DNA of 64,000 bases from a virus. The stretch is from IMG/VR virus record IMGVR_UViG_3300037258_000375, positions 32,001 through 96,000 of that record. One strand, written 5' to 3'. Position 1 is the first letter of the stretch. Each line of letters starts with the position of its first letter. The notes under the pieces are model-generated. The model ran no database searches, had not been told where the DNA came from, and saw only the letters and a list, made by a program, of their open reading frames with translations. Below are positions 1-10,466 of the stretch, piece after piece. Both the position numbers and the translations under genes were made by a program.

Positions 1-429
1 GCCGTCCAGCGTCTTTACAAGTGTGTGAGCCATATCCACGAACGGTTGACCGCTGTACGCGTCACAAAGGACCGTGCGACTAAAGCGCGCACACTGAAGA
101 AGGATCATTATGACAAGGTCACAGGCGAATTGATTCCAGCGGGGACCGTGATACCAGGACGCGCCATTGCGGGCGGCCAAGTAAAAAATGCAACCTTCCG
201 CGATACCCTGGTAGACAACGCGCGAGAACTCTGTGAGATTCTCCGCTATATCAACCTTGCGGATGACCCGAAGTTAGAAGAATTCCGCCGTCAAACGGAA
301 CTTATAGCGGGCAGCACTGAAGCGGAAACACTCCGCGACAGCGACGCCGTACGGAAAGACACTGCGAACCGCGCACAATCCATCTTGGACGCAATGGCAG
401 CTACCTACGGCGCGGCGGTGCAAGCATGA
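1..429 (+). CDS. DUF3150-like protein, C-terminal part (5' truncated by window)
   Basis: Frame open from base 1; FRDTLVDNARELC..L..INLADDP..ETLRDS..VRK tail typical of the helical protein next to DUF2201 genes. Confidence 0.55.
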   Translation, partial: AVQRLYKCVSHIHERLTAVRVTKDRATKARTLKKDHYDKVTGELIPAGTVIPGRAIAGGQVKNATFRDTLVDNARELCEILRYINLADDPKLEEFRRQTELIAGSTEAETLRDSDAVRKDTANRAQSILDAMAATYGAAVQA

Positions 430-1586
430 ACAGCGCAGAACATAAAATGATGGCGGCGCGCACGTCTCTTGTATTGGAACAGCCTTTTTGGGGTTCGCTC
501 ATTCTTTCACTAGAATTCCGCGCGGACCTTACTTGTAAAACTGCATGGGTAGACGGGCGAACACTCGGATACAATCCCGCGTTTATCGAATCACTCACCC
601 ATGACCGCATTGTCGCGTTGCAAGCACATGAGGTAAGCCACTGTGCATTGGGGCATCCATGGCGGCGCGATGCGCGGGACCTTTATCACTGGAATCTCGC
701 GTGTGACAAGGCAATCAACACAGATTTACGCGCGTCCGGATTCACTCTCCCGGAGAACGTCTTTTATGCGGAAGGGGAGGAAATAGGAAAATCGGCGGAG
801 TGGATTTTCGCCCGCCTTGACAGAGGGAACGGGGACGCGCCGCAAGAGGACAGCGCGCAAGAGGGAGAGCAAGACGCGCAGGACGGGGACGGCGGCGCGG
901 GTGATCCGCTGGGCGAAGTGAGAGACGCGCCGAAAACTCCGGATGCGGATGGAGACGCCCCGCCCAGCGAACAAGATTGGAAACAACGCACCATTGCGGC
1001 GGCGCAACAAGCGAAAATGCAAGGCAAGCTACCGGGGGGAATGGCGCGTCTAGTGTCGCAGGCAATGAAACCAAAAATAGACGTTCGATCTCTTTTGTTG
1101 CGCTTTTTCTCCGAACGTTCCACGGGCGATTATTCGTGGACTCGCCCGAACACACGGTACCTTTCACAAGGTCTCTACTTGCCCGCATTGGAATCGCGCG
1201 CGCTGGGCGAAGTGGCAATCATGATAGACACGTCTGGAAGCGTGGATGACGTCGCGCTGGGCTATGCGCGCAATATCGTGCAAGACGTCTTAGACGAATG
1301 CAACCCCACGGGGACCACGCTTGTATTCGCGGATGCGGACGTCAAGCACACGGAACGGGTGGAACAAGGCGCGCCGCTCACGTGGGAACCGCAAGGCGGA
1401 GGTGGTACGGATTTTTGTCCCGCACTGGAGTACATAGACAAAGATGGTCAATTCGCCTGTGTCGTATGCATCTCTGATTTGGCGGGGACCTTTCCGGACG
1501 CGCCGCCCGCCTTGCCTATCCTGTGGCTGTCTACTGAAGAAAATGCAATCGCACCATTCGGGGAAACGGTCTTCATAGACCACTAG
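426..1586 (+). CDS. DUF2201-type putative metallopeptidase with C-terminal vWA domain
   Basis: TAWVDG, HEVSH (HExxH), WNLACD, acidic linker, DTSGS MIDAS motif, GGGGTDF. Confidence 0.85.
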   Translation: MNSAEHKMMAARTSLVLEQPFWGSLILSLEFRADLTCKTAWVDGRTLGYNPAFIESLTHDRIVALQAHEVSHCALGHPWRRDARDLYHWNLACDKAINTDLRASGFTLPENVFYAEGEEIGKSAEWIFARLDRGNGDAPQEDSAQEGEQDAQDGDGGAGDPLGEVRDAPKTPDADGDAPPSEQDWKQRTIAAAQQAKMQGKLPGGMARLVSQAMKPKIDVRSLLLRFFSERSTGDYSWTRPNTRYLSQGLYLPALESRALGEVAIMIDTSGSVDDVALGYARNIVQDVLDECNPTGTTLVFADADVKHTERVEQGAPLTWEPQGGGGTDFCPALEYIDKDGQFACVVCISDLAGTFPDAPPALPILWLSTEENAIAPFGETVFIDH

Positions 1587-1659
1587 ACACGGCGGCGCGC
1601 GCGTCCAGTGGCACTAGGACGCGCGCGCGCTGGGCGGGCGGGGGGAATCCCCCCGCCGT

Positions 1660-1679
1660 AACCGTCCGAAGTCTGGACG
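1660..1679 (+). promoter_or_regulatory. Repeated hairpin AACCGTCC-GAANNCT-GGAC, copy 1
   Basis: Near-identical copies at 3489-3507 and 10679-10699, each upstream of an RBS/start. Confidence 0.5.
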
Positions 1680-1699
1680 CATGAGAAGAGGGAGACACT

Positions 1700-1912
1700 A
1701 TGCAGCTACCGGATTATCTTTCACCCGTGATTGTCATATCGCTTGCAGTGGGATTCGCCTTGCTTGCACTCGCGGTACATCTCATCTTGCGCGCCGAACG
1801 GCGGGCGCGCGGATGGCAGGCACTCGCCCGGTACCTTGACGCGCGCCCGTCCGCGAGCGCACCACTCACACCGGAAGAGATTGCAGAGTTGAATGCAGCA
1901 CGCTGGGATTGA
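1700..1912 (+). CDS. small membrane protein
   Basis: GAGGGAG RBS, one hydrophobic helix. Confidence 0.6.
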   Translation: MQLPDYLSPVIVISLAVGFALLALAVHLILRAERRARGWQALARYLDARPSASAPLTPEEIAELNAARWD

Positions 1913-2000
1913 CGCGCGTGCATTGATAGGGAACGGCGAGCAAGCCAACCGAAAATAAGCGGCGCGTGAATCCATCGCGCGCAAGATTGGAGAATACGTT

Positions 2001-2261
2001 ATGAGTAAAAGACGCGCATCTTTCGAAACCAGGCTAGCAGGGTACCCCATTTCGCTGGTCCAAACCGGTTTCGACCGCTTCACAGTCCAATACGGGCAGC
2101 AACGGATGGACAATCTGGATTACTGCCGCGCGGCTGCAAAGCTGGGCGAATCCATCATGCACGCCATAGCGTGCGAGGGGAAGCTAGACAATCGTACGAA
2201 GACGGAGGCGCGCGAACAAGGGGATACGCGCCCGGTATTCGACTTGATAGGGAACGACTGA
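2001..2261 (+). CDS. hypothetical protein
   Basis: GGAG RBS, co-oriented with early genes. Confidence 0.6.
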   Translation: MSKRRASFETRLAGYPISLVQTGFDRFTVQYGQQRMDNLDYCRAAAKLGESIMHAIACEGKLDNRTKTEAREQGDTRPVFDLIGND

Positions 2262-2399
2262 GCTAGCACACGAAAGAGAAAGGGATATACCGATGGCGCG
2301 CAAAGGATATAAATATCACCTCACAGTTGCGGATGTGGCCAAGATTTTCGATTGCTTCCCGGATGCCGTCCTGACCCGCTCCGATCGGAGGGAAACACA

Positions 2400-2720
2400 A
2401 TGGAAAAGCTTATGAAACGTCTGCACTGGTACCAACTCGCTTTCGTAGTAGTGACGGTCACAATCGCCGCCATGGCTTCGCACACCACCCGCAAGATCAC
2501 GAAGCCGGTCACCGTCTACCTGCCCGACGCGAACCAAGCCACAGCGACTCTGTGTGTGTCGAATCGCACGCACACAACCGTCATCATCCCGCACGGCGTA
2601 GCCATCAAGGCGGGCCACGCCGTGAACGCGTCCGTGGTTCGTGACTTCCAGTGGGAGTTCGGCACGCCATACCCGGCCACAGATCGCGCGGACGTTGACT
2701 GTTTCGTGGTCTCGCAATAG
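2400..2720 (+). CDS. hypothetical secreted/membrane protein
   Basis: GGAGG RBS before ATG 2400, N-terminal hydrophobic stretch. Confidence 0.55.
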   Translation: MEKLMKRLHWYQLAFVVVTVTIAAMASHTTRKITKPVTVYLPDANQATATLCVSNRTHTTVIIPHGVAIKAGHAVNASVVRDFQWEFGTPYPATDRADVDCFVVSQ

Positions 2721-2774
2721 ACCCGATTGATAGCGACCAACTTGATAGCGAGCGACAAACCGCCTGGAGGAAAT

Positions 2775-3218
2775 ATGCCTAAGACGAAGGAACAGGTACA
2801 AGGGCTCATTGCAGCCCTGCATGATGCAGGATACGAACCGCGCAGCTACAGCGGGCGCGGCATGAACGGCAAGCAATGCGTAGGTGTCTCGGCTACCAGC
2901 GCATTCGGCATCGGGGCGGCGCTTGAGGACATCACCGCGCCGGAGCCGTGCCAAGATCAACTCGGCAAGCGATACATTTTCTATTGGCCTGCGTATGAAT
3001 GGCCTGGAGTCTACGACGGCCCATGTGCGGCAGATGGTCTTTTGAGCTATCGCTACCCTTCCGCGTATGGCGGATGGATCATGATCGGCGCGCTCGACAA
3101 GGCACAAGCTTTGAGCGAAGCACGCCGCTCCACTGACAGCGAAGTGTCTCTGGCAAAGCTCGAAACTTGGAGCGAGACCGACAAGCAGTATGTGGCCGTC
3201 ACTTCTACAGACAAGTAA
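2775..3218 (+). CDS. hypothetical protein
   Basis: GGAGG RBS; RSYSGRGM..K.C.GV motif of the kind seen in phage early proteins. Confidence 0.65.
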   Translation: MPKTKEQVQGLIAALHDAGYEPRSYSGRGMNGKQCVGVSATSAFGIGAALEDITAPEPCQDQLGKRYIFYWPAYEWPGVYDGPCAADGLLSYRYPSAYGGWIMIGALDKAQALSEARRSTDSEVSLAKLETWSETDKQYVAVTSTDK

Positions 3219-3247
3219 TCACACACGAAGCACTCGGAGGGAAAACG

Positions 3248-3490
3248 ATGAAAACGAAACTCGTCTATAGCGCAGCGCTGCTCCTCCTCACGTTCGCATC
3301 CGCGACCGCGACAAGCCGCGCACCCGAACCAAAAACCAAGCTGCAAGTCATCTATCGCGAAGACCCGCAGCAAGGTCAATGGAACGTCTACATTTTTGGA
3401 ACGGTGTGCGAGGAGGGCAAGCTCACTCTTCATCAGCCAGCGGAGCCGCGCGTTGAACCGCTCCGCATTGAATGTGTCGAACCTCGCTAA
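3248..3490 (+). CDS. small secreted protein
   Basis: GGAGG RBS, signal-peptide-like N-terminus. Confidence 0.55.
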   Translation: MKTKLVYSAALLLLTFASATATSRAPEPKTKLQVIYREDPQQGQWNVYIFGTVCEEGKLTLHQPAEPRVEPLRIECVEPR

Positions 3491-3527
3491 CCGTCCGAAG
3501 CCTGGACAGAAATACGGAGAGAACACC

Positions 3528-4115
3528 ATGAGCAATATCCACGAGAACTACGACAACCTAACGGAAGAGGAACGCGAGAGACTTGACGTGGCGTTCAAGG
3601 CGCTCACCAACTCACTGCGCCGAGACGGCATACTTTTCGACGGCGGAGATCAGATCGAGCGCAGCGTGGACGCCGTCGCACTCGCCATCATCAGCGCGCG
3701 GGCGCTTCAGGAGTTTGTCCGTATGGACATCGCAGTCCGCAACGCCACCGAACGTGACATGATTGTGGCCATCCCATCCTTGACCGCTGGGCTCGTCTAC
3801 CGCGTTGTCGAGCCTGGGAGCCCGCTGCCACCGCCGCCCATGGTCATCATGCAACACCACAAGACCGACTACACGAACGAACAGATCAGAGCCGTCACCA
3901 ACGCCGCCACGCAAATGCACCAATGGTGGACTCTCATCAGCGAGAAGGAGCGGCAAGAAATCGTAAAGGGCATCAAGGGCTGCCATAACTATGGAGCCAC
4001 CATCATGCTCCAAGCGATGCCGCAAGAGGGTAAGGATGCCGTCCGCATCGCATACGCAAACCACTTGCAGCATGTTCTAGAACTCGAAGCGGCACATCCA
4101 GAACACAAGGGGTGA
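3528..4115 (+). CDS. hypothetical protein
   Basis: GGAG RBS before ATG 3528. Confidence 0.6.
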   Translation: MSNIHENYDNLTEEERERLDVAFKALTNSLRRDGILFDGGDQIERSVDAVALAIISARALQEFVRMDIAVRNATERDMIVAIPSLTAGLVYRVVEPGSPLPPPPMVIMQHHKTDYTNEQIRAVTNAATQMHQWWTLISEKERQEIVKGIKGCHNYGATIMLQAMPQEGKDAVRIAYANHLQHVLELEAAHPEHKG

Positions 4116-4548
4116 ACCATGGCAACGATGCGCGTAACCAACATTCGCGGTACCGCAAACTTCGTCATCACTCGCGACGACGGCCACCAATTGAGCATGG
4201 CCGAAGATAACGAGGTGATCCACTTCTCCGGACTCGTCCCCGCCGAGGATCACGGGCGCGTCTTCAACGTACAGAAGTTCCTTGCGATTGCTCTCCAGTT
4301 CGTCGCTATGGAAGAAGAGTGAGGTTGATAATAGACGACGACAACCGCATCGCCCAATTCCTGCGCAAGCGTGGCTGGCAGTATGCCTACACAGTCAAGC
4401 TGGGAATGTACAAGAGAGTCATGTGGCGCTCTCCGCGCGAAGACGAACTCTACGGCCAGGGGATCGCCTACAACCTGGAGCGCGAGAACGACCGGATCGC
4501 CAAGCTCCGCGACAACGCACAACGGTTCATCGAGAAGGGACATTGACC

Positions 4549-4833
4549 ATGAAAATAACAGCAGCAAGTAACCCCCGTGAGGTACTCGACATTCAGCAGG
4601 CAGCCGAGTACCTTGGCATCGCAGCAGACACACTCTACAAGTACGCTGCGGAAGGTTCCCTCCCAGCTTTCAAGCTGGGCAACCGGTGGCGCTTTCGCCT
4701 CACCCACATCAATGAGTGGATAGATCGCAAGGCATACGAGCACACCGTGTACGAATCGGAGCTTCGTTCATCGACGGAGCCGAAGCGCGAAGCTTTGATA
4801 AAGACCAATGCGAATGGTCGCGCCAAGTCCTAG
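4549..4833 (+). CDS. excisionase-family helix-turn-helix DNA-binding protein
   Basis: VLDIQQAAEYLGIAADTLYKYA..GSLPAFKLGNRWRF. Confidence 0.85.
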   Translation: MKITAASNPREVLDIQQAAEYLGIAADTLYKYAAEGSLPAFKLGNRWRFRLTHINEWIDRKAYEHTVYESELRSSTEPKREALIKTNANGRAKS

Positions 4834-5098
4834 GGAGGCCACCGATGAGATTCCTGCATATTATCGACCACGTCCTCGGTGTCATCTTCGCTGTCTATTT
4901 CTTCGTCGTGGCCGTGATCTTTGCGGGCATGGTTCTCACGCCGACAGAAGGCTCACGCGAGGCTGACAAGGACATCCACGACAAACACATCCATTGTATG
5001 AGCGACAGGTTTGTTCTTCTCAACATCAAGCTTTATATCTCGCTGATATGTCCTATCCTCTACGTCGAACATCTTTGGAAGGATCGGGGGAAATAGCT

Positions 5099-6028
5099 AT
5101 GTTCGCAACCTACATGAGAGCACTGGAGAAACGCGCGGGCTGGGCACGCTGGGCAGAGGAATATGTCACCAAGCGCATGGATCACTCGAAGACGCCGAAC
5201 TATGACCACGTGATGCTTTTCTATAAAGCAAGCTTGATGCACGGGGACACGCTGTACATGAACAAGGAATTTTGCGCCCTGGTCGATCACGCCCGCGCAA
5301 CGGCCCCCGACGATCTTGTCTTTGAGGATAGCTGGATGCAGACCCCGTCCGGATTCATGTGGCTGGAGATTCCGTTCCGAGTTCCCCGGCCCGCAGAGTT
5401 TGATGACACCAGACTCCTCGACCAAGGTATAGACGTCGATCCGCACCTTCACGCTGTATCGTGGTTCAAACAGGATGGCGGCTATGTGTTTCTTACCTAT
5501 CAAGACTGGCATGATGTCCATCCGAACGCCGAAGGGTTCGGATGCTGGAGCCATTTCATCATGCGCCCCGGCGACGTCTTGGCCGAACGCATGAAGCGCT
5601 TCGAGACGACCGCGTTCGATCCGGATGCACCTGGGCATGGCGTCTATGCCAGAAGCGCTTTGAATAACAGCCTGCATGAGATGCGCTGGGTATTCACAGC
5701 AATGCACCTCATGGCGCAACGTCTCTCTATGACAGTCGAGCACCGTGCAAGCTCCATGGCTCGCGACTCAGCACGCCGCAAGAAGCTGGCCATCACTCCG
5801 TTTCTCAAGGTAGTCACTCTCCGCAGGATGGAAGCAGAGCGGCCCGCAGGCGGAGAGCACAAGCAGCATGACTGGCAATGGAAGTGGGTAGTCCTCGGTC
5901 ACTGGCGTAACCAGTGGTATGAGACCGACAAGACACACAAGCGTATCTTCATCGAGAGCTACATGAAGGGTCCGGATGACAAGCCACTCAAGATGCCCGG
6001 TCATACTCTCTTCAAAGTTCTGAGATGA
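5099..6028 (+). CDS. hypothetical phage protein
   Basis: Long ORF; C-terminal W.V.GHWRNQW..I..Y.KGP motif. Confidence 0.7.
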   Translation: MFATYMRALEKRAGWARWAEEYVTKRMDHSKTPNYDHVMLFYKASLMHGDTLYMNKEFCALVDHARATAPDDLVFEDSWMQTPSGFMWLEIPFRVPRPAEFDDTRLLDQGIDVDPHLHAVSWFKQDGGYVFLTYQDWHDVHPNAEGFGCWSHFIMRPGDVLAERMKRFETTAFDPDAPGHGVYARSALNNSLHEMRWVFTAMHLMAQRLSMTVEHRASSMARDSARRKKLAITPFLKVVTLRRMEAERPAGGEHKQHDWQWKWVVLGHWRNQWYETDKTHKRIFIESYMKGPDDKPLKMPGHTLFKVLR

Positions 6029-6050
6029 ACTCACTAGCGTAAAGATTTTC

Positions 6051-6080
6051 TTGACATGAACACGACAGATAGCGCAGACT
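6051..6080 (+). promoter_or_regulatory. putative phage promoter TTGACA-N18-CAGACT
   Basis: Same motif with AGCG before the -10 at 12230-12258 (+) and 31165-31193 (-). Confidence 0.55.
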
Positions 6081-6104
6081 AAGAAACGATCCGGGGGATG
6101 ACGC

Positions 6105-6845
6105 ATGACAAGAGTTTTATCTATTGACTGGGATTACTTCTGCGAGGAAGACCCGCTGCTTGATATAAACCACCGTGAGTGCGATCTATTTCTCGAACAG
6201 ATGTGGGCAATCCGTAAATTTCACGCCAAGATGGAAAAGGGAAAGTTCGTCCTGGTAGACGGCGTGCCAGAAATAGTCGAGAGAGACTTTACCAAGATGC
6301 TTCCCTTTCGTGGGAGCGAACGTCAAGTCCTGGACTTGCCTTGCCTGCAATCTAACTACCAGATCGGCATCGCCGAAAGCCACGTCGCCATCCTCGAAAT
6401 GCTCGGGGATAAACGCGGGCTCGACATCGTGAACATCGATGCCCATCATGACCTTGGCTATGCCGAGGCTGATGACGATTACCACTTCGAGATGCATAAC
6501 GCCGATTGTGGCAATTGGGGCGCTTACTTGATCGTTTCCAGGCGCGTGAACTCCTTCACGCAGATATACCCCGCGTGGCGCAAGAAGTTCCGCGAGCATG
6601 GTTCCAGAAACACCGGGATCGGCTGGGCCAGGAAGAAGCTCAAAACCAAGATGCGCGTCTCCAATCTCCCGCCATGCGAGGTGGTCTCGTGGGATGAGTT
6701 GGATTATGTGTTCTTGTGCCGGTCCGGATGTTGGACACCGCCTGACTATGACGAGCGCTTCAACACGTTTTGCCGGATGCTGGGCAGCGAGGCAACGTTG
6801 CCAGTCCGTGACATTTCGGCCAATCCGGAGGTAAAGATCGCATGA
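6105..6845 (+). CDS. arginase/deacetylase-fold (UPF0489-like) metallohydrolase
   Basis: LSIDWDYF, SH, NIDAHHDL, CGNW, CRSGCWTPP. Confidence 0.6.
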   Translation: MTRVLSIDWDYFCEEDPLLDINHRECDLFLEQMWAIRKFHAKMEKGKFVLVDGVPEIVERDFTKMLPFRGSERQVLDLPCLQSNYQIGIAESHVAILEMLGDKRGLDIVNIDAHHDLGYAEADDDYHFEMHNADCGNWGAYLIVSRRVNSFTQIYPAWRKKFREHGSRNTGIGWARKKLKTKMRVSNLPPCEVVSWDELDYVFLCRSGCWTPPDYDERFNTFCRMLGSEATLPVRDISANPEVKIA

Positions 6846-7233
6846 GTGAAGCTAAAGCTCGTCTACAGGCTATGTGCCGCCGTCTCGCCCTCGCGCCAGT
6901 TCGCGTGTGTAAATCACTCCATCAGTGTGTGTTTTGTGGCCACCCGATCACTGTCGGCAATTCCTACAGAGATCGTGGCTATGGAGAGCGCGCGCACGTC
7001 ATTTGCTTTGAAGCCGTCAACCGTGAAGTCAATAAGGTCCGCAAGTGACCTGCATGACATGCAACGGTGACAAGTGGCTGCGCCGCGAGGTTCCGCACAA
7101 GTACATGCGAGAAGTCACCGTCACAACTGCGCGCATCTGCCCGCAGTGCAAGGGGACCGGAGTTATGCCGAAGATCGCACCGCCCGATCCGAGACAGTTT
7201 GAAGCAGAGGCTATAGAAAGCTAGGGGGTATCT

Positions 7234-7812
7234 ATGAGCGTGATTGGAATTATTGGCGAATTCTACAAGGACTCGGGGAATAGACTCAAGCTGAATTCCT
7301 TGACGGTTATCACCGAGACCTTGAAAGCGTACGACGGAAAGGTTCATCGCGGACGCGACGGATACGATGTCGAGTGGTCACGACACTATGGATACATGTT
7401 CCACAACAGCAGCGGAGGAGGAGCCAAGACCGTTGAAGTGAGTGGAATCTATTTCATGAGCGGAGACGTGACGGTAGAGGAATTTCCTTGCCAGTTCGTC
7501 GATCATCGTGATAGGTCGCCGTTCAACGGCAAGCGAACGAAAGCCGTCCGCAAACGCAATCGCACGCGCCGCCTGCCTGTGCTTCCGAAGGCGTTCGATA
7601 TGGACGGTTGCGCGAATCTTCTGGAGTGGCTAGAACAGCACGCCATCCAAAGCGACGCGGTCTACTGCTCTGTTTGTCGCGATTACTACCCAACCAGCGA
7701 TGAATGGAATATGTGTGAGCACATCTGGTGGTGTGAAAAAACGGGATGGTGGTCTACTCCCAGCGAACGGTGCAAATGCAAGACGCGTGAACTATGCCAA
7801 GGAGAAGAGTAG
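7234..7812 (+). CDS. hypothetical Cys-rich (Zn-binding) protein
   Basis: CxxC, CEH and CxC motifs. Confidence 0.55.
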   Translation: MSVIGIIGEFYKDSGNRLKLNSLTVITETLKAYDGKVHRGRDGYDVEWSRHYGYMFHNSSGGGAKTVEVSGIYFMSGDVTVEEFPCQFVDHRDRSPFNGKRTKAVRKRNRTRRLPVLPKAFDMDGCANLLEWLEQHAIQSDAVYCSVCRDYYPTSDEWNMCEHIWWCEKTGWWSTPSERCKCKTRELCQGEE

Positions 7813-7816
7813 CCAC

Positions 7817-8353
7817 ATGCCGAAGATTACGAGAGATGACTTGATTTGGGCCGCTGGGCTATTCGATGGAGAGGGGTGTATCAGTCTCAGTAAAAGGAGT
7901 CCTCAAGTGCTTAACAATGCAGTGAGCCATAACTATGTTCTCATCGCCAAAGTTACGATGTGTCACGAATCTACGGTCTTACGCCTCCATGATATTTTCG
8001 GCGTCGGCACTGTTCATAAACAACGCCGACAAAAGAAGCACTTCTCTCGATCTTGGGTCTGGTTCTGCAATCGTGCTGATGCTGAATTTGTGATACTCCA
8101 GATGAAGCCATGGTTATTCACTAAAGCCAGCGAAGCAGATTTGGCGGTTGAGTTTTTCTCTCTTCCACTCATGGAAAAGGGTGGAAGGTGGGGAAGTCGC
8201 CCGGTGACACCGCAGCTTGAAACAAAGCGCCATCAACTCTTCGTGAAGCTGCGCAACTGCAAATCTCGGAATGCCGCAATAGAAAGGAGAGCTAAGAATG
8301 AAAATAAAATATCAAGACATAAAACTGGGCGCTCGATCACTGGAATTGATTAA
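7817..8353 (+). CDS. LAGLIDADG homing endonuclease
   Basis: WAAGLFDGEGCI motif, FGVG, PWLFTK. Confidence 0.85.
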   Translation: MPKITRDDLIWAAGLFDGEGCISLSKRSPQVLNNAVSHNYVLIAKVTMCHESTVLRLHDIFGVGTVHKQRRQKKHFSRSWVWFCNRADAEFVILQMKPWLFTKASEADLAVEFFSLPLMEKGGRWGSRPVTPQLETKRHQLFVKLRNCKSRNAAIERRAKNENKISRHKTGRSITGID

Positions 8354-9224
8354 AATCTGCAACACGATTGTTGCCGATTATCAACGTCAGGGTTACATAC
8401 TGACACTTCGGCAGCTTTTTTATCAGCTTGTCAGCCGTGATGTGATCCCGAACAGACAAAGCGAGTACAAACGCGTCGGTTCGGTCGTCAATGACGGCAG
8501 GCTCGCCGGGTTAATCGACTGGAGCGCTTTAGAAGACCGCACACGCAACGTCAAGTCTGTGGGCCACTGGGACTCGCCGGAGGAGATCGTCGAGGCCATC
8601 TCCCGCCAGTACGCCATCGACAAGTGGGAAGGGCAACCCACGCGCCCCGAGGTGTGGATCGAGAAAGACGCCCTTGTTGGCGTTATTGAACGAACATGCA
8701 GAGATATTGACGTGTCTTACTTCTCTTGCCGTGGCTACACTTCGCAGTCGGAGATGTGGGGAGCCGCGCAGCGGTTCATCCAGAATGCGAAGCAGAAACA
8801 AGTGACACACGTCATTCACCTGGGAGATCACGACCCTTCCGGGATCGACATGAGCCGCGACATCGAAGACCGCATCCGCATGTTCATGTCGCACCATGGC
8901 TACGGTGCCAGCTTGTTTGAATTCTCGCGCATCGCGCTCAACCGCGACCAGATCGACCAGTACAATCCACCACCGAACCCAGCGAAGTCAACGGATAGCC
9001 GCTTCCAGGGATACAGCGACGAGCACGGTGACGAGTCCTGGGAGTTGGATGCCTTGGAGCCCGCTGTCTTGGACGGTTTGATACGGGACAAAATTGCTGA
9101 GTTTCGCGACGACGACCTGTATGCCGAGAGGCAGGATCAGGAAGACCGCGAAAAGAGCCAGCTTGCCAAGGTCAGCGACAAGTGGGAAACGGTTGTCGAG
9201 TTCATCGAAAACGAAGACGAATAA
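8298..9224 (+). CDS. Topoisomerase VI subunit A/Spo11-like Toprim protein
   Basis: TLRQLFYQL (catalytic-Tyr helix), EVWIEKDAL, RGY.S, GDHDPSG, WELDAL. Confidence 0.75.
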   Translation: MKIKYQDIKLGARSLELIKICNTIVADYQRQGYILTLRQLFYQLVSRDVIPNRQSEYKRVGSVVNDGRLAGLIDWSALEDRTRNVKSVGHWDSPEEIVEAISRQYAIDKWEGQPTRPEVWIEKDALVGVIERTCRDIDVSYFSCRGYTSQSEMWGAAQRFIQNAKQKQVTHVIHLGDHDPSGIDMSRDIEDRIRMFMSHHGYGASLFEFSRIALNRDQIDQYNPPPNPAKSTDSRFQGYSDEHGDESWELDALEPAVLDGLIRDKIAEFRDDDLYAERQDQEDREKSQLAKVSDKWETVVEFIENEDE

Positions 9225-9235
9225 TCGGAGGGTTT

Positions 9236-9670
9236 ATGAGCGAATCGAAAATGGGGGCCATCGTCCAGTATTGCGGGCACGATGGATGGTTCATCGCCGA
9301 TATCCATCGAGTGGAAAACGTGAATGTCATCTACGCTTCACGGCCTGTCACGATGGAGAATCTCAACCGTCCAGCGGAGGACTGCACGCACCACATCACA
9401 GACTTCCCGGTTGGTGGCTTCTGGAAGCCGCAGAAGGGTATCTTCGTGATCCCTGAAGCGCAGTGCAAGGCATTGTCTGGCAATGGCGCGCCCAAGCAGG
9501 GGAAGGAGTTTGTTGCATCGATCCTCCCCGAAGTGGTATGCAGCGACGAAGTCAATGGTTGGATGATCCTCGCCGCTCCGGGTGCTAAATGCGCCTTGCT
9601 ATCTGGAGCAAAAACTGAAGTGGCCGCATGGAACAGAGCCGCTCGAATGCTCGGCTGTACCGCTTATTAA
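9236..9670 (+). CDS. hypothetical protein
   Basis: GGAGG RBS. Confidence 0.55.
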   Translation: MSESKMGAIVQYCGHDGWFIADIHRVENVNVIYASRPVTMENLNRPAEDCTHHITDFPVGGFWKPQKGIFVIPEAQCKALSGNGAPKQGKEFVASILPEVVCSDEVNGWMILAAPGAKCALLSGAKTEVAAWNRAARMLGCTAY

Positions 9671-9679
9671 GGAGGGCCT

Positions 9680-10466
9680 ATGCCAGCGCTAGGATCAGAG
9701 TGGATCAAAGTACGACCGGAACTCGCCGCAGGCGGAGAGCATTTCACGTTTAAGACGGAGATCAGCGTGGACCGTGGGGGAATGTTCACGTTCACGATCC
9801 CGGAAGAATTGGAAGATACCGCCAGGGCGAACGCGAAGGGTAAGGTCGATGTATCGGTCGGCAAGATGCGCGTGAATTACTACATTATGACGCGGACGAA
9901 AGACCAAGGTATGGAATTCCTTCGCTCGGTCGCGCAAGATTACATCAACTGCGACGTCACTCGTGAGACAGTGATTCTCTACACGACACGTGCGAACGTA
10001 AGCTATTGGAAGAAACAAGACGGTGCCATCGTTCCGAACGGAGCCTACGATCCAAACTACAGCAAGATGGACATGGCACGGTAAGACTTCGAACGAATGG
10101 AGGTTTGATAGGGATATAACTTATTCGGTGGGCTTGATGGCTCATGCGTATATCAAGGTCACGGCACACCGCAAGTCCGGGGATCAGATTGGATGGGAAC
10201 GCGCCGGGGAGAACTGCCACTCGGAGCCAGACAACTACCTGGACAAGCTCAACTCCTTCATCGGCGGTCTTTCCATAAGTGACATGGGAGAGTACCAGGA
10301 GATTCCGTACACCGAAGAAGCGGCCAAGTTCTTCTATGAGGCTATCCTCTCGATCTGCAAGCTCTCGGATCGAATCGAATCCTTCTTCGGTAATCCGGGG
10401 AACGTACAGAAAGCCATTGAGAGCCGCGCAAGCTTCATGCTCGGGGCTGGGAAGGAAAAATCATGA
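9680..10466 (+). pseudogene. probable single gene split by a +1 frameshift near 10065-10080
   Basis: ORF 9680-10084 stops while an overlapping frame with no RBS continues to 10466. Confidence 0.5.
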
